A stretch of 64,000 bases of DNA from NCBI GenBank assembly GCA_964016885.1, contig OZ024742.1:5084001-5148000 (forward strand). The letters run 5' to 3'. The notes beneath the pieces were generated by a model. The model made no database searches, was not told the origin of the DNA, and saw only the letters and a program-made list of their open reading frames with translations. Below, in pieces: positions 12,868 through 24,696 of this stretch. The position numbers and the translations under genes are program-made. Source of the stretch: Eledone cirrhosa (Eukaryota). Numbering within the stretch: the stretch's first letter is position 1; every line of letters begins with the position of its first letter.

Positions 12868-13823
12868 TGTTTCTTTATTAGCCACAGGGGCACAAAAGAA
12901 GGGGACAAATACAAAGGGGGAAGTTTACATACAATAAAAACGTGTAAATGTTATCACAAATGCAATTTAAAAAGTTAGTCGATTTTCCCCAATAGGGGGA
13001 GACAGTTCATATGGGTAACACATACCCTCGAAAAAATGTGCAACCCTCAACTCCAGGAGTACGAAGAGTTTGTACTCCTTTCTTCTCCTCATCCTTTTCC
13101 TCAACCTACAGGCTGATATAGAGAGAAGGCCCATTCACTCGGGCTATTCTCGCCACTTTCACCCACCTTTCATAAAACTTGCTGGGGTGCAGCACCTCTC
13201 TCTCCATCCTTATTCTTCTTCCAAAGTGGTATTTCAAAAAAAGAATCAGTTGTTGGCCGGAGAGAAAGGTGTCTGACCTCAGCCCTTTCAACCTTGTCCA
13301 CCATACAACCTCTTTCGCCATAGCTATCACACAAAGGAAAACCGCCTCTCCTTCGTTTTTGAAGGAGGGTGGCGGTTTGATCATGACAATGGACTCGTTG
13401 GTCAACCGGATTGGTCCCACCCGCGACAATAGTCGTTCTACATAGCCCTACAGGTCGGTAACGCCCGAGCAGTGTACAAATGCGTGCGCGACGGTTTTTT
13501 CGTCGCGCCCGCATCTCGGACAGATCTTTTTCGAAGGGTCCCTACCCGGGCGCCCGTGTCTGTAGAGCTTGTCTCGGACTGGTAGAGCTCCTCGGTAGCA
13601 CTGCCAGGCCAGGGACATTTGGAAGTTGTCCATTGGTCCCGGGCAGAAGGTCCTACCGAACAGACTAGCTAGTTCGTCCTCCTCTACGCCCAGAGTTTCT
13701 CAGAGCATGTCGTCGCACTTGCTGCTGACCAACCCTCTATAGAATGTCGAAGTGGAGCCAGAGGACTGTGAGCGCCTGAGCCATTCGATGTGCCAGTCGC
13801 CCATTTTCCTCTTCTTCTTCTTC
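12867..13823 (-). mobile_element. 5'-truncated Tx1-clade LINE copy (3' UTR nearly identical to copy 1)
   Basis: Near-identical to 507-1292; the 5' junction matches that of copy 4; outer (GATA)n at 13824-13912. Confidence 0.9.

Positions 13824-13912
<89 letters not shown>
13824..13912. repeat. (GATA)n microsatellite, outermost flank of the Tx1 stack
   Basis: Direct tetranucleotide repeat followed by non-element sequence. Confidence 0.95.
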
Positions 13913-14059
13913 TCACGGGGAGAGGTTAGCTGTCCCTGATTGTTTATATATATTTACAAATCTAAAAACGGTCACATTTCTTTAAAACAACAATTTTGTA
14001 GGAACTTTTTACTCCACTCTACACTTTGAATGGAACACAGACGCCACTGCCAGATACAA

Positions 14060-14361
14060 TAGCACCAACACCATCACCATCACTGCCATCGCCAGCAACA
14101 TCTCTAAAACCACTGCCATCACCAAATGTGGTACCACCACCAGCAATAGCAACAACAGCAGGGCTACTACTACAACAACACCAACAAATACACCACCACC
14201 AACCGTATCATCATCACCACCACAACCAACAACAGCACCAAGATCAACATCACTCTTTCCACCACCACCACCAACAACACTTCTAAACAGATTTCTTTTT
14301 TAACTAAATTGAAAAACCACTGAAGATGCGAGAAGCAATTATATATATAGAGTGGGTAGTC

Positions 14362-14393
<32 letters not shown>

Positions 14394-14401
14394 GCAGTAG
14401 T

Positions 14402-14472
<71 letters not shown>

Positions 14473-15041
14473 CAGTAGTAGTAGTAGTAGTGGTAGTGGT
14501 AGTGGTAGTATCATCGTTGAGGGAAACATACTCTTTAGTTAAATATTTTATCAAAGTTGGCCGAGTCGGCAGGAAACAGGAATATAATCGGTTGGATAAA
14601 ACCAGAATATTTAAGATATTCTGAAACTAAGTGGAATCGTATCTTTGTTACTGATTGATTGTGGTTTATCAAATTGTAATTTTGATCTTTACCAAACCAA
14701 TATCTGTTGTCTATTTAATTTGTTTAGGCGATGGGGGGGGGGGGGGGTGAACCGGGTGACACTCTAAAGCTCAAAACATATTTACGGTGTGGCTTGTCGT
14801 TTAATGGATGTTGTTGTTGTTGATGATGATGATGGTGTTCGTGGTGTTCGTGGTGGAAGTGGTAGTGGTGTTGTTGTTGTTGTTGTTGTTTGTGATCGTG
14901 GTGGTGTTGGTGGTGGTGGTAGTGGTGGTGTTGTGGTTGTTGTTGGTGGTGATGGTGATGATGGTGTTGGTTTTCTTTCTGTTTTGTCCATTACATAGTG
15001 TCATTTTTTTATAGTTCATAGTATCATATATATATATATAT

Positions 15042-15090
<49 letters not shown>
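14060..15090. repeat. Compound trinucleotide microsatellites (CAC/CAA, GAA, GCA, GTA, GTT/GGT) and (TA)n
   Basis: Directly visible low-complexity runs. Confidence 0.9.
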
Positions 15091-15093
<3 letters not shown>

Positions 15094-15890
15094 CTAGCAG
15101 AATGGCCCGGCGTTGCTCGGGCGTCTAAACATAGATGATTGGCATGTTTATCCCCCCTTTCTGAAACAGTACAGAAAAGTACGGAATACCTCGGCCTGGG
15201 GATGGTGTCTACATTTTGTGCTTAGGCAAATAATTTTCCATTAAGAATTTTCAAAGCATGTAATTGCGTTCCCTCTCTTTTTTGTTGTTGTTTTTTGCTG
15301 CTGTTGGTGTGATAGCAGCCGTTGGTCGTACTACTAACACAGTCTCGTCCTTCTTCAGCCAATCGTGTTATCCCTTCTGACTCGTCTCCCTAAACAATGA
15401 TTGTAGCACCTCCTTGTACACAGTGTTCCTTGTTCTTCCGTGTCGGGCATATCCAAAGAAATTTGTCTTGCTTCCAATTCTTGAGCAGCCAACGTATAGT
15501 TGCCCGTGTGAAAAACATGACTCTTCCAACGGAAGACAAGCAACAGCTAGGGTCTGACCCTGGGATTTGTTGATAGACATTGCAAAGCTGACACGGTTCG
15601 GCGAATGGTTCGTTGGTTGTCTGTTTCAAATGCTCTTCTGGTGGCAGTACGTTAAGCATCTTGCAACCGTCGAATAGCAGATTCCACTGACGATTCGTTT
15701 GCTCGCCTTGTTCTTTTTTTTGCCGCTTTCGCAGTATTTCGGCCAATGGAGTATCTCTTCCTTCAAGGGATGACCTAAAAGCAGGACGAAGTACACTAAG
15801 ATTAACTGGTAGAGTAAGGAGTAAACTCGTCAGTTATGCATGTGATTTCCGAACCGTTGACTATGTAATTGTCTATGTAATTGACTATGT
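15094..15890 (-). mobile_element. Helitron remnant with PIF1-helicase C-terminal fragment
   Basis: Minus-strand 3' end CCCGAGCAACGCCGGG hairpin ...CTAG|T at 15094; ORF 15368-15580 FAMSINKSQGQT...FSHGQLYVGCSR matches PIF1 motifs V/VI; the 5' boundary is approximate. Confidence 0.85.
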
Positions 15891-15918
15891 AATATATATA
15901 TATATATATATATAATAT

Positions 15919-17350
15919 AAATTGGAATAAATGCTCTGAAATAGCGATATATATGTGAATATAGACATAGAATATTCGAAAATATTCTGTATGTTTATAA
16001 TAAACATTTTGAAGACCTAATCGCTATAGAATAGAATACGTCACGTATTACAATTAGATTCTCGATAAAAGCAAGGGAAGTAATCTACGCGTTTCATTCT
16101 TGTTAGAAATCTTCAGGACTACATATCCAGTGCTTTTATCGAGAATGACACAGCTAGAGACTTATAGAATACTTAGCTGTGTACAGGAACTGGTTTGAAA
16201 GAGCGGTTGCCGGTCCGGCAGAAATTAGAAATTGGAAGCACTGGATATGTAGTCCTGAAGATTTCTAACAAGAATGAAACGCGTAGATTACTTCCCTTGC
16301 TTTTATCGAGAATCTAATTGTAATACGTGACGTATTCTATTCTATAGCGATTAGGTCTTCAAAGTGTTTATTATAAACATACAGAATATTTTCGAATATT
16401 CTATGTCTATATTCACATATATATCGCTATTTCAGAGCATTTATTCCAATTTCTAATTTCTGCCGGACCGGCAACCGCTCTTTCAAACCAGTTCCTGTAC
16501 ACAGCTAAGTATTCTATAAGTCTCTAGCTGTGTCATTCTCGATAAAAGCAGTGGATATGTAGTCCTGGAGATTTCTAACAAGAATGAAACGCGTAGATTA
16601 CTTCCCTTGCTTTTATCGAGAATCTAATTGTAATACGTGACGTATTCTATTCTATAGCGATTAGGTCTTCAAAGTGTTTATTATAAACATACAGAATATT
16701 TTCGAATATTCTATGTCTATATTCACATATATATCGCTATTTCAGAGCATTTATTCCAATTTCTAATTTCTGCCGGACCGGCAACCGCTCTTTCAAACCA
16801 GTTCCTGTACACAGCTAAGTATTCTATAAGTCTCTAGCTGTGTCATTCTCGATAAAAGCAGTGGATATGTAGTCCTGGAGATTTCTAACAAGAATAAAAC
16901 GCGTAGATTACTTCCCTTGCTTTTATCGAGAATCTAATTGTAATACGTGACGTATTCTATTCTATAGCGATTAGGTCTTCAAAATGTTTATTATAAACAT
17001 ACAGAATATTTTCGAATATTCTATGTCTATATTCACATATATATCGCTATTTCAGAGCATTTATTCCAATTTCTAATTTCTGCCGGACCGGCAACCGCTC
17101 TTTCAAACCAGTTCCTGTACACAGCTAAGTATTCTATAAGTCTCTAGCTGTGTCATTCTCGATAAAAGCACTGGATATGTAGTCCTGAAGATTTCTAACA
17201 AGAATGAAACGCGTAGATTACTTCCCTTGCTTTTATCGAGAATCTAATTGTAATACGTGACGTATTCTATTCTATAGCGATTAGGTCTTCAAAATGTTTA
17301 TTATAAACATACAGAATATTTTCGAATATTCTATGTCTATATTCACATAT
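15919..17350 (+). repeat. 310-bp tandem repeat (~3.6 units) plus one inverted unit, each with a type I hammerhead; retrozyme-like / non-autonomous PLE
   Basis: Hammerhead motifs start at 16249, 16559, 16869 and 17179 (spacing 310); 15919-16236 is the reverse complement of the unit; (TA)n on both sides. Confidence 0.88.
16249..16291 (+). ncRNA. Type I hammerhead ribozyme (minimal, palindromic stem III)
   Basis: GTAGTC-CTGAAGA-T TTCT aaca AGAA T-GAA-ACGCGT-A-GATTAC: stem I GTAGTC/GATTAC, GUA cleavage triplet. Intact copies also at 17179-17221 (+) and 16080-16122 (-); core-mutated copies at 16559 and 16869. Confidence 0.8.
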
Positions 17351-17370
17351 ATATATATATATATATATAT

Positions 17371-18833
17371 TAAAATAACAGATTAAAGTTTAAGCAAAGA
17401 ATCGCTGCTTTCACCCTTAACGGGATCTTCTGAAACTAACAATGTCAATCTGTAAACGCAGAAGTCGATATTTCAAAAAACGTAGCAACAGGAGGAAGAC
17501 AGTCGTTAATTACCTTGACGTTACCCTCAATTTATCGAATAGGTTGTATTACCCGTATAGAAAGCCGAACGATACGCTTAATTACATAAGTAAGGATTCC
17601 AACCATCCTGCCAGCATAACCAAGAACCTGGTAAGAAACGTTTCGTTGAGGCTTTCCCGTCTATCTATTAACGAGCATATTTTCAACGACCATTCCACTT
17701 ATTACAATGAAGCTCTTGCTCGGAGTGGATTTGTCGATAAGGTAGCATATACAGAGTACGAAAATAGACCTAGAAGTAATAAATCCCGTCGCGTTTGTTG
17801 GTATACCATTAACTAAGATCTTTCTTTCCCTTATTACGAAGCATTTTCCCCTACACATAAATATAGTAAACTTTTTAATAGAAATACTATTAAAATGTCT
17901 TACTCTACGACTCCTAACCTTGCACATAACATCACAGCTTCAAATTTAGCTAAACTACCTAACTGTAGGAACACGTGCAACCCTGTAGTTAGTACTAACT
18001 ATAATTGTAGGAATCGGGTTGATTGCCCCCTATCCGGGAAATGCCTCTCTAGTAACATTGTCTACAAATGTAAGGTTGAAACACCCACGTCCCGTAGGGC
18101 CTACATAGGGTTAACCGCCAATAGATTAAAGCAGCGTCTTTACATGCATACCCATTCTTTTCGTTACCCTATTAGAAGGAATATGACGTCACTTTCAGCT
18201 TATATCTGGAGTCTAAAAGACAACCACACCCAATTTAAGTTACACTGGGAGATCTTAGCTAGGGCTAGATCGTATAACGGAAATAAAAGACATTGTGACC
18301 TCTGCGCCGCTGAGGCCCTGGAAATACTCTACGCCACAGACCACATCTTAAACAAAAAATCTGAGGCAATTTCGGCTTGTAAACATAAATTGCACAAAAC
18401 TTTCCTGTATTACAGCCCCACATTATACCCTAACGGATAGTACGATCTATACGTGGAGTTTTTACGTCTTGATGTGGTAGCTAAGTATATGTTTTGTTTA
18501 TACCATTACTTATTTGCATAGGTAAGTATATATTACCTGTATGTTTTGTGAAGGTACGTATACTTCCTCATACGTATATTTGATTGATTATGTTGTGGCG
18601 TATACATTTTTTATATTTTCTGGTACATATGGTTTGGTTATGTGTATACGGGAGTTTTGCGTCTGCGTGTGTATGCAGGTTCGTACGTATGTAGGGTGTG
18701 TGTATATGTGTACTTCATGTTTTGGCTGACTTACGTCTTCGAACATTTGTGTATTTACATATAGGTATGTGGGTGCGCTTGTTATATGCGTATTTATTTA
18801 TTTTTATACATTTATTTAATTATTTATTTGTAT

Positions 18834-18887
<54 letters not shown>

Positions 18888-19470
18888 TTATATGTGCGTG
18901 GTTTTGTATACCTATGGCAAGTGTTTTGCGTATGCTTGTGTATGTACGTATTTGAATGTGTGTATGCATTTATATAATTTCTATTACCCCTGTATTGTTT
19001 TTATTTACTTTTTTCTTAACTCTGAAGCGGAGATTCATTCGGTTTCATAGTTAGAATTTAGTCTACGACTTCAGCTATACCATTTACGTGGTTTTGTCTT
19101 TGCGTGCAATTGTTCTCAACGCTCCACATATGACGTATTATCTTCGTTTTTTCCGTTCATTGCCAGAGAACGTCTCTATGAACCACCTAAGAGAACATTA
19201 GTCTACGACCTCTTTTATACCATAAACGTGGTTCTGTCTTTGCGCGTAATTGTTTTTAATATTAATGACGTATTATATTCGTTTTTTCCCGTTCTTTGCC
19301 AGGGAACGTTTCCACGAACCAAAGTATCGTCTTCCTGTCTTCCTCCGGTTGCAACGTTTTTTGAAATATCCAGTGCTGCGTTTACAGATTGACTTTGTTA
19401 GTTTCAGAAGATCCTGTTAAGGGTGAAAGCAGCGATTCTTTGCTTAAACTTTAATCTGTTATGTCAATAA
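17371..19470 (+). mobile_element. 5'-truncated Penelope-like element (RT thumb + GIY-YIG) with ~90-bp inverted terminal copy
   Basis: VNYLDVTLNL...YRKPN...SNHP (RT C-terminus); CRNRVDCPLSGKCL, IVYKC...YIG, CDLC (GIY-YIG) in 17895-18440; 17375-17461 is the reverse complement of 19376-19461; (TA)n flanks. Confidence 0.88.
19400..19450 (+). ncRNA. Variant type I hammerhead ribozyme (U4A core) in the PLE pseudo-LTR; inverted copy at 17387-17437
   Basis: AGTTT-CAGAAGA-T CCT gttaa GGG T-GAA-AGCA gcgattctt TGCT-T-AAACT; all three stems pair but the core is non-canonical. Confidence 0.55.
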
Positions 19471-19473
19471 ATA

Positions 19474-19504
<31 letters not shown>

Positions 19505-20165
19505 CTAAGGCGGGTAAAATTCCCGAGATCCATGGACGAGTTCTCTCCAGCGGTCTCTGTCCCTCATTATCGCTGCCATGTCCTGCGTCTCCAACAGACC
19601 AGTGTCTGTCCTTAGGGCATCAACATACGTTAACCTTGGTCTTCCTCTTCTAGTGTGTCCATGTAGGGGCTCCCAAAGGAGCACTGAGTGCAATGTCAAC
19701 TCTGGATGTCGGTGAGCATGTCCAGCTAACCTCGGTCTCCTCTGTGTCACTTTTGAGCTGACTTTTGGGATGCTCCCATACAACTCTGAGTTTTTCATCC
19801 TCAGTGTATAATGATTAATGTTCAGAGCTATCCTCAGCATTCTCGTGTAGTACCCATCCACTATCTGGTAGAGAATGTTGAGAAGCCAGAGGGGATCACT
19901 AGTGTAGGCGGGAAGCCGCTGGAATTGGTTGAGGACTTCCTGTATTTGGGAGCAAAGATTGGGAATACGGAAGATGATGTGGTTGAGAGGAAGAGCAAGG
20001 CCTGGGCGGCGTGCCACAGCTTGAGATCGGTGTGGAAGTCGGACCTTCGTAGAGACCTGAAAGTCCGCCTCTTCATTGCTGTAGTGGAGTCTGTGCTGCT
20101 GTATGGGTCTGAGACTTGGACACCGACCAAGAAACTCACTCAGATGGTGGATGGGTGCTACACGA

Positions 20166-20168
<3 letters not shown>
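19505..20168. mobile_element. RTE-clade LINE 3' fragment with a 5' inversion
   Basis: Plus strand 19867-20168 encodes VEDFLYLG...VESVLLYGSETWT...MVDGCYTR; minus strand 19505-19866 continues VDGYYTRMLR...RLAGH...RRGRPRLTY; (TA)n flanks. Confidence 0.85.
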
Positions 20169-20234
<66 letters not shown>

Positions 20235-21987
20235 AAAGTTCTATTTAAAATTGTTGGGATACAACAAGTAAATATTTTTATAACTGATATAAAGCACTCG
20301 ACAAATTTTTGGAGTAGATATACGATATTAATAAATGGAAACTATATTTATAAAACCATATTTATTTCATTATACATATTTCAGGGATACCACATTAAAT
20401 TATGGTATGCCTTCATCAGACAAAATACAATATATAACAGTTTTACAAATAGGTTTGACGTACCCTTTAAAATACAACCATTACTTTTGGAGGCTGTCTG
20501 GATAGTGATTTGTTCATATAATAAGTCATAGTGTTAAGCACAATTAGAAAAAGACGGAGAGAAAGAAAGAGAAAAGAACAAAGACTGAGAGAGAGAAAGA
20601 AAAGAGAAAGAAAAAGAGAAAGAAAACCTGGAGAAATATCGGAGAGAGAGAGAAAAGTATGGAGAAAAGAAAGAGATAGATAAAGATAGGAGGAAATAAA
20701 AAAGAAAGAAAAGGAAGGAATAAGAAAAACAAAGGAATAAGAAAAACAAAGGAAAGCAACAGAGAGATATCAAGTCATCATACAGAAAGAGAAACTCAAG
20801 AGAGAGAAATACTATATAGAGAGAGGGGGACAGTGACAACTTTACGTCATGTCATATTAAGTTAAGTTAACAATTTATATGAAATGAATAATAAAAATAT
20901 AAATATAAGTATCAATATTCATGAATGGGACATAGATATATAATATGAGAAATTAAACATTGTTCAATAATGACCATATGTTTAGTTTAGAAACTTGAGA
21001 TCAATATACCAAAATCTGAGTTCAAAATGTACCCTTGGTATAGAGATTAGTATTTTATGCAAAGACATACAAATACATATGTATATATACATACATATAG
21101 ATACGCACGTCCTGAAAATAGAAATTATGTTTACTCAAGCCAACAATATAGCCATACAAAACGTAAATAATTTCTCTTAATCACTGCTATACACTCATTG
21201 TGTTATAAAAGTTTCACAGTATATATATACAAATATATACGATTAACAATCATGTCCTCATATATACGATTACCATTCATGTGTTTAATATTATGCACAT
21301 CTGCAACATACCTCTCAACCACATAGATATATACACACACATATATACACATACATATGTATAATAAATATTTGCGTGCGTCCTCATGCATCACTCATGT
21401 ATACATACAGACACATATACAAACACAAAAAATCTATAACACTTTCTATGCATGTTAATACACACATGTGCATTTGTATAGAGATAATCCAATATCAATA
21501 AATTACCAAAGGGTTATAATTTGTAAATATAACCATAACAATACAAATTTAAAATGCAACTATATAGTCAAAAGAAATCTAAAAATATCAAAGCATTAAA
21601 TATCATTAAAACACTATAGAGTATCTTAAGTTAAAATATGTTTTATATATTTAGTATAGAAATTTATCCTACGTATATCTCAATCAAGATATTGAGAGGG
21701 TAGACTTGTGAAAGTTATGAAAAGCTATCATAATCAAAACAAATAAAAATAATTTAAAAGATTTAAAAAATTTAAAAACCCAATGATTCTACAGATAACC
21801 TTATATTTAATATAGAAATTCACCTTACGTATATTTTATTTAATACATTGGAAGTATAGACATTTTAGAGTAGTTTATTATATCCATGTTTATATTTAGG
21901 AAGAAAGTTTAAAAAGAAAAAGGTGAAGGAATCTAATGGATTATCGACAGGTTCTATATATTAACTAAAATTACTTAATTAATTATA

Positions 21988-24207
21988 CTACATTTTAAAT
22001 TTATATTTATATTTAAACGTTGAGTTCAATCTATGTCTGCAGCAACTGAATAAATTGTTCCTCAGATTAAGGGAATTTTTGGACTTTAATATAAAGAATA
22101 TTTCTTCAATACAAAGATCACAATTTTCTGAAGAGGAATTAAAAGGAGTACCCTATGAGATAATATTCCAATTCATCGAATATTTAATATTATCTCGTTT
22201 TAGGTCCCATAGTAGGCTAGATAGCGAAGTTGGAGATTTTTTGTTTGGATCTGTGAAAGAATTCTTATGATTATTGAAGTGAAATTTAAATTCTGTAGAG
22301 GTGGAACCAACATAGTTAAATGAATTTAAATTAGTTTTAACATTACAATTGTACACTACATTTTTAGCTAAGCAGTTGTTACTTAACGGACAGTTAGATT
22401 TATTTCTACAGTTACAGTTATTTAATTGAATATTGTTTGGGTTATTATTGGTATTTTGGTTAGGTTTTAAATTCCTATTATTAATTCTATTAATATTTTG
22501 TGCTAAGTTTTTGGTGGACGAGTAAGTTAATTTTATAGTGTGTCTATTAAAAATTGAGTGATATTTATGTGTTCTAGGGAAGCGTGTCTCAAGAGCTTTA
22601 AAGAATAGTTTAGCAATAGGGGTTTTAATATTTAGTGAGAAAGGGGGAGCAAACCATAATATATTTCTAGTTCTATTTCTTTTTCGGCTTTTGGAATTAT
22701 TGTAATGATTTCTATTATAGTTGTTAAAGTTGTTACCGTAATTGAAATTGTTATTATTTTGGTTAGTTTGCTTATTATTATTATTATCGATGTATTTAAT
22801 TTTATTTCTATATCCAGCTCTAGCTAATGCATCGTTGTAATACTGCGCTTTTTCATCAAATATATTTTTATTAGATGAAATTCTTGAAATTCGTTCTTGA
22901 ACAGAGTTCACTATAGTATTTTTAACAGATCTGGGGTGATTAGAGTTAAAGTTGACATAATTCAAGTTCTCATTTAGTTTGTGAAATGGATAATGAAGAC
23001 ATGTGTTGAGGTTTAGTGTTACATCAAGAAAATTGACTATTCTATGGTTATTCTCTATTTCTATTTTTAGATTAAGGTAATTAAAAAATTGTATAATTTG
23101 TTTTCTTTTTCTATTTAGTTCACAGCTATTATCTTCTATAAGTAAAAGCATGTCATCACGATATAAACCTCCGGTTAAACCTGGTATTTTTCTATGTAGC
23201 GAATTAATTATAAATAGGCCCACAAGGTCCGTTACCTGAGCTGAGTCTGATGATCCCATAGTTATGTCGAAATTATTATTTCTATCTGCCCTAGTCCAGA
23301 GTTGGTTATTAAATTCTATCAATGTTTTCCTTGCCGATAATATAATGTGCATTTCATTGCTAGTTAGGTCAGTATGTTTAAATGCGTAATTTAGTGCCTT
23401 ATTCAGTAGATTAGGAGTGATAGATGAATAGTAGTTAGCAATATCCAGTTGAATAAACTTATTATTAGAGTTATATTTAATATCTTTAAACCAATCAATA
23501 ACCTCACTAGTCCCTTTCCATAAATTTAAGTAAGATAAATTAGGTAAGTTTATAATTTGTTGTATCTAGAATATTTTTGCTAAGTTTTCCCAGGTCAGAT
23601 TTGGATGGTGCAATTAATCTGACTGGTAAATCATTTTCAAAGTTTCTTTTGTGATCCTTCATATTGATCTTGGGTTTTCTAGGCATGAAGGGTTGTGTTT
23701 TATTCTCAATGTCTAATTCATGCATTATACAAGATGCATCTGTATTAAGTTTTTCCAGTTCATGCTTACTTGTTACCTTGTACTTTTTCCTTAGTTCTTT
23801 CAATATAAGGTCGTTATACATGTCCTTTTGTACTCCATAAAGGTTGTTAGTTTTGTTCGACTTCACTAAAATTTTCTCTGTTTTCACCAGGTTTTCAATA
23901 TTATCCTTAATACATCTTAAGTAGTCCTGGCCTTTGAAGTTTCTCTTGAATTTGATGCCTCGGATGATAGATACTATATCGTTTTCAAAATCCATTAGTA
24001 GTTTGTTGGGGGGTGGATTATTTTAGATTTGAAAATTTTGTCCAGGTTAGAAACATTTTCATTTAGATTAGATTTATCAAAGTGGAAAGCACGCCACCTG
24101 ATTCTTCTTATAAAAGAGTCTGATTTTTCTATTAATTGTTTAATAAAATCTTTGTTCCTAGGTAGAGGTATGTCTTTTAGAGAAGAAGAGATCTTAAAGA
24201 ATTCCAT
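21988..24207 (-). pseudogene. PLE reverse transcriptase + GIY-YIG endonuclease (frameshifts and stops)
   Basis: SLKDIPLP...FIRRIRWRAFHF N-terminus; PVRLI; QLDI; FDITMGS; GLYRDD; VNFLDVTL; CNCR...CPL...C; VVY...YVG; CDLC. Breaks near 23995, 23540 and 22153. Confidence 0.9.
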
Positions 24208-24489
24208 TTTTTCAGTTATAATGTAAAGCGCTCAACAATATAGGAGCAGAAAATATGCAAAAGTTCTATTTAAAATTGTTGGGATACAACAAGTAAATAT
24301 TTTTATAACTGATATAAAGCACTCGACAAATTTTTGGAGTAGATATACGATATTAATAAACGTCTTTTTCTAATTGTGCTTAACACTATGACTTATTATA
24401 TGAACAAATCACTATCCAGACAGCCTCCAAAAGTAATGGTTGTATTTTAAAGGGTACGTCAAACCTATTTGTAAAACTGTTATATATTG

Positions 24490-24554
24490 TATTTTGTCTG
24501 ATGAAGGCATACCATAATTTAATGTGGTATCCCTGAAATATGTATAATGAAATA
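24490..24554 (+). ncRNA. Type I hammerhead ribozyme in the PLE pseudo-LTR; element-sense copy at 20363-20427 (-)
   Basis: TATTTTGT-CTGATGA-AGGcATACCATA atttaa TGTGGTATcCCT-GAA-ATA tg TAT-A-ATGAAATA. Confidence 0.82.
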
Positions 24555-24649
24555 AATATGGTTTTATAAATATAGTTTCCATTTATTAATATCGTATATA
24601 TATATATATATGAAATATAAGAATCAAAGAACTGTTCAAAACATTTTTG

Positions 24650-24696
24650 TGCTTACAACGGTTTCCTCCAAACCGAGGTTTGGATTCTTCGGAGCA
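24650..24696 (-). ncRNA. Variant type I hammerhead (U4C core) at the end of an unclassified non-coding element
   Basis: Minus strand: TGCT-CCGAAGA-aTCCAAAC ctcg GTTTGGAg-GAA-AC cgtt GT-A-AGCA; adjacent to (TA)n. Confidence 0.6.

Larger units (their letters stand above)
20228..24596 (-). mobile_element. Near full-length Penelope-like element (Naiad-like) with pseudo-LTRs, the upstream one partly inverted
   Basis: 24254-24360 directly repeats 20228-20334; 24361-24596 is the inverse of ~20321-20556; the RT + GIY-YIG ORF lies between; (TA)n flanks. Confidence 0.9.

Noticed and set aside
344-12885. ORFs containing (IYLS)n, and plus-strand ORFs over the LINEs
   Set aside because: Translations of (ATCT)n tracts or antisense shadows of Tx1 ORF2
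14026-15019. Poly-His/Gln, poly-Leu, poly-Thr and poly-Val ORFs
   Set aside because: Trinucleotide microsatellites with no splice or domain support
15919-17350. Tandem repeats as a CRISPR array
   Set aside because: The units are fully repeated 310-mers with no unique spacers, there are no cas genes, and the context is eukaryotic
22153-22155. Selenocysteine readthrough in the PLE ORF
   Set aside because: The interrupting codon is TAG, not TGA, and is not at a Cys position
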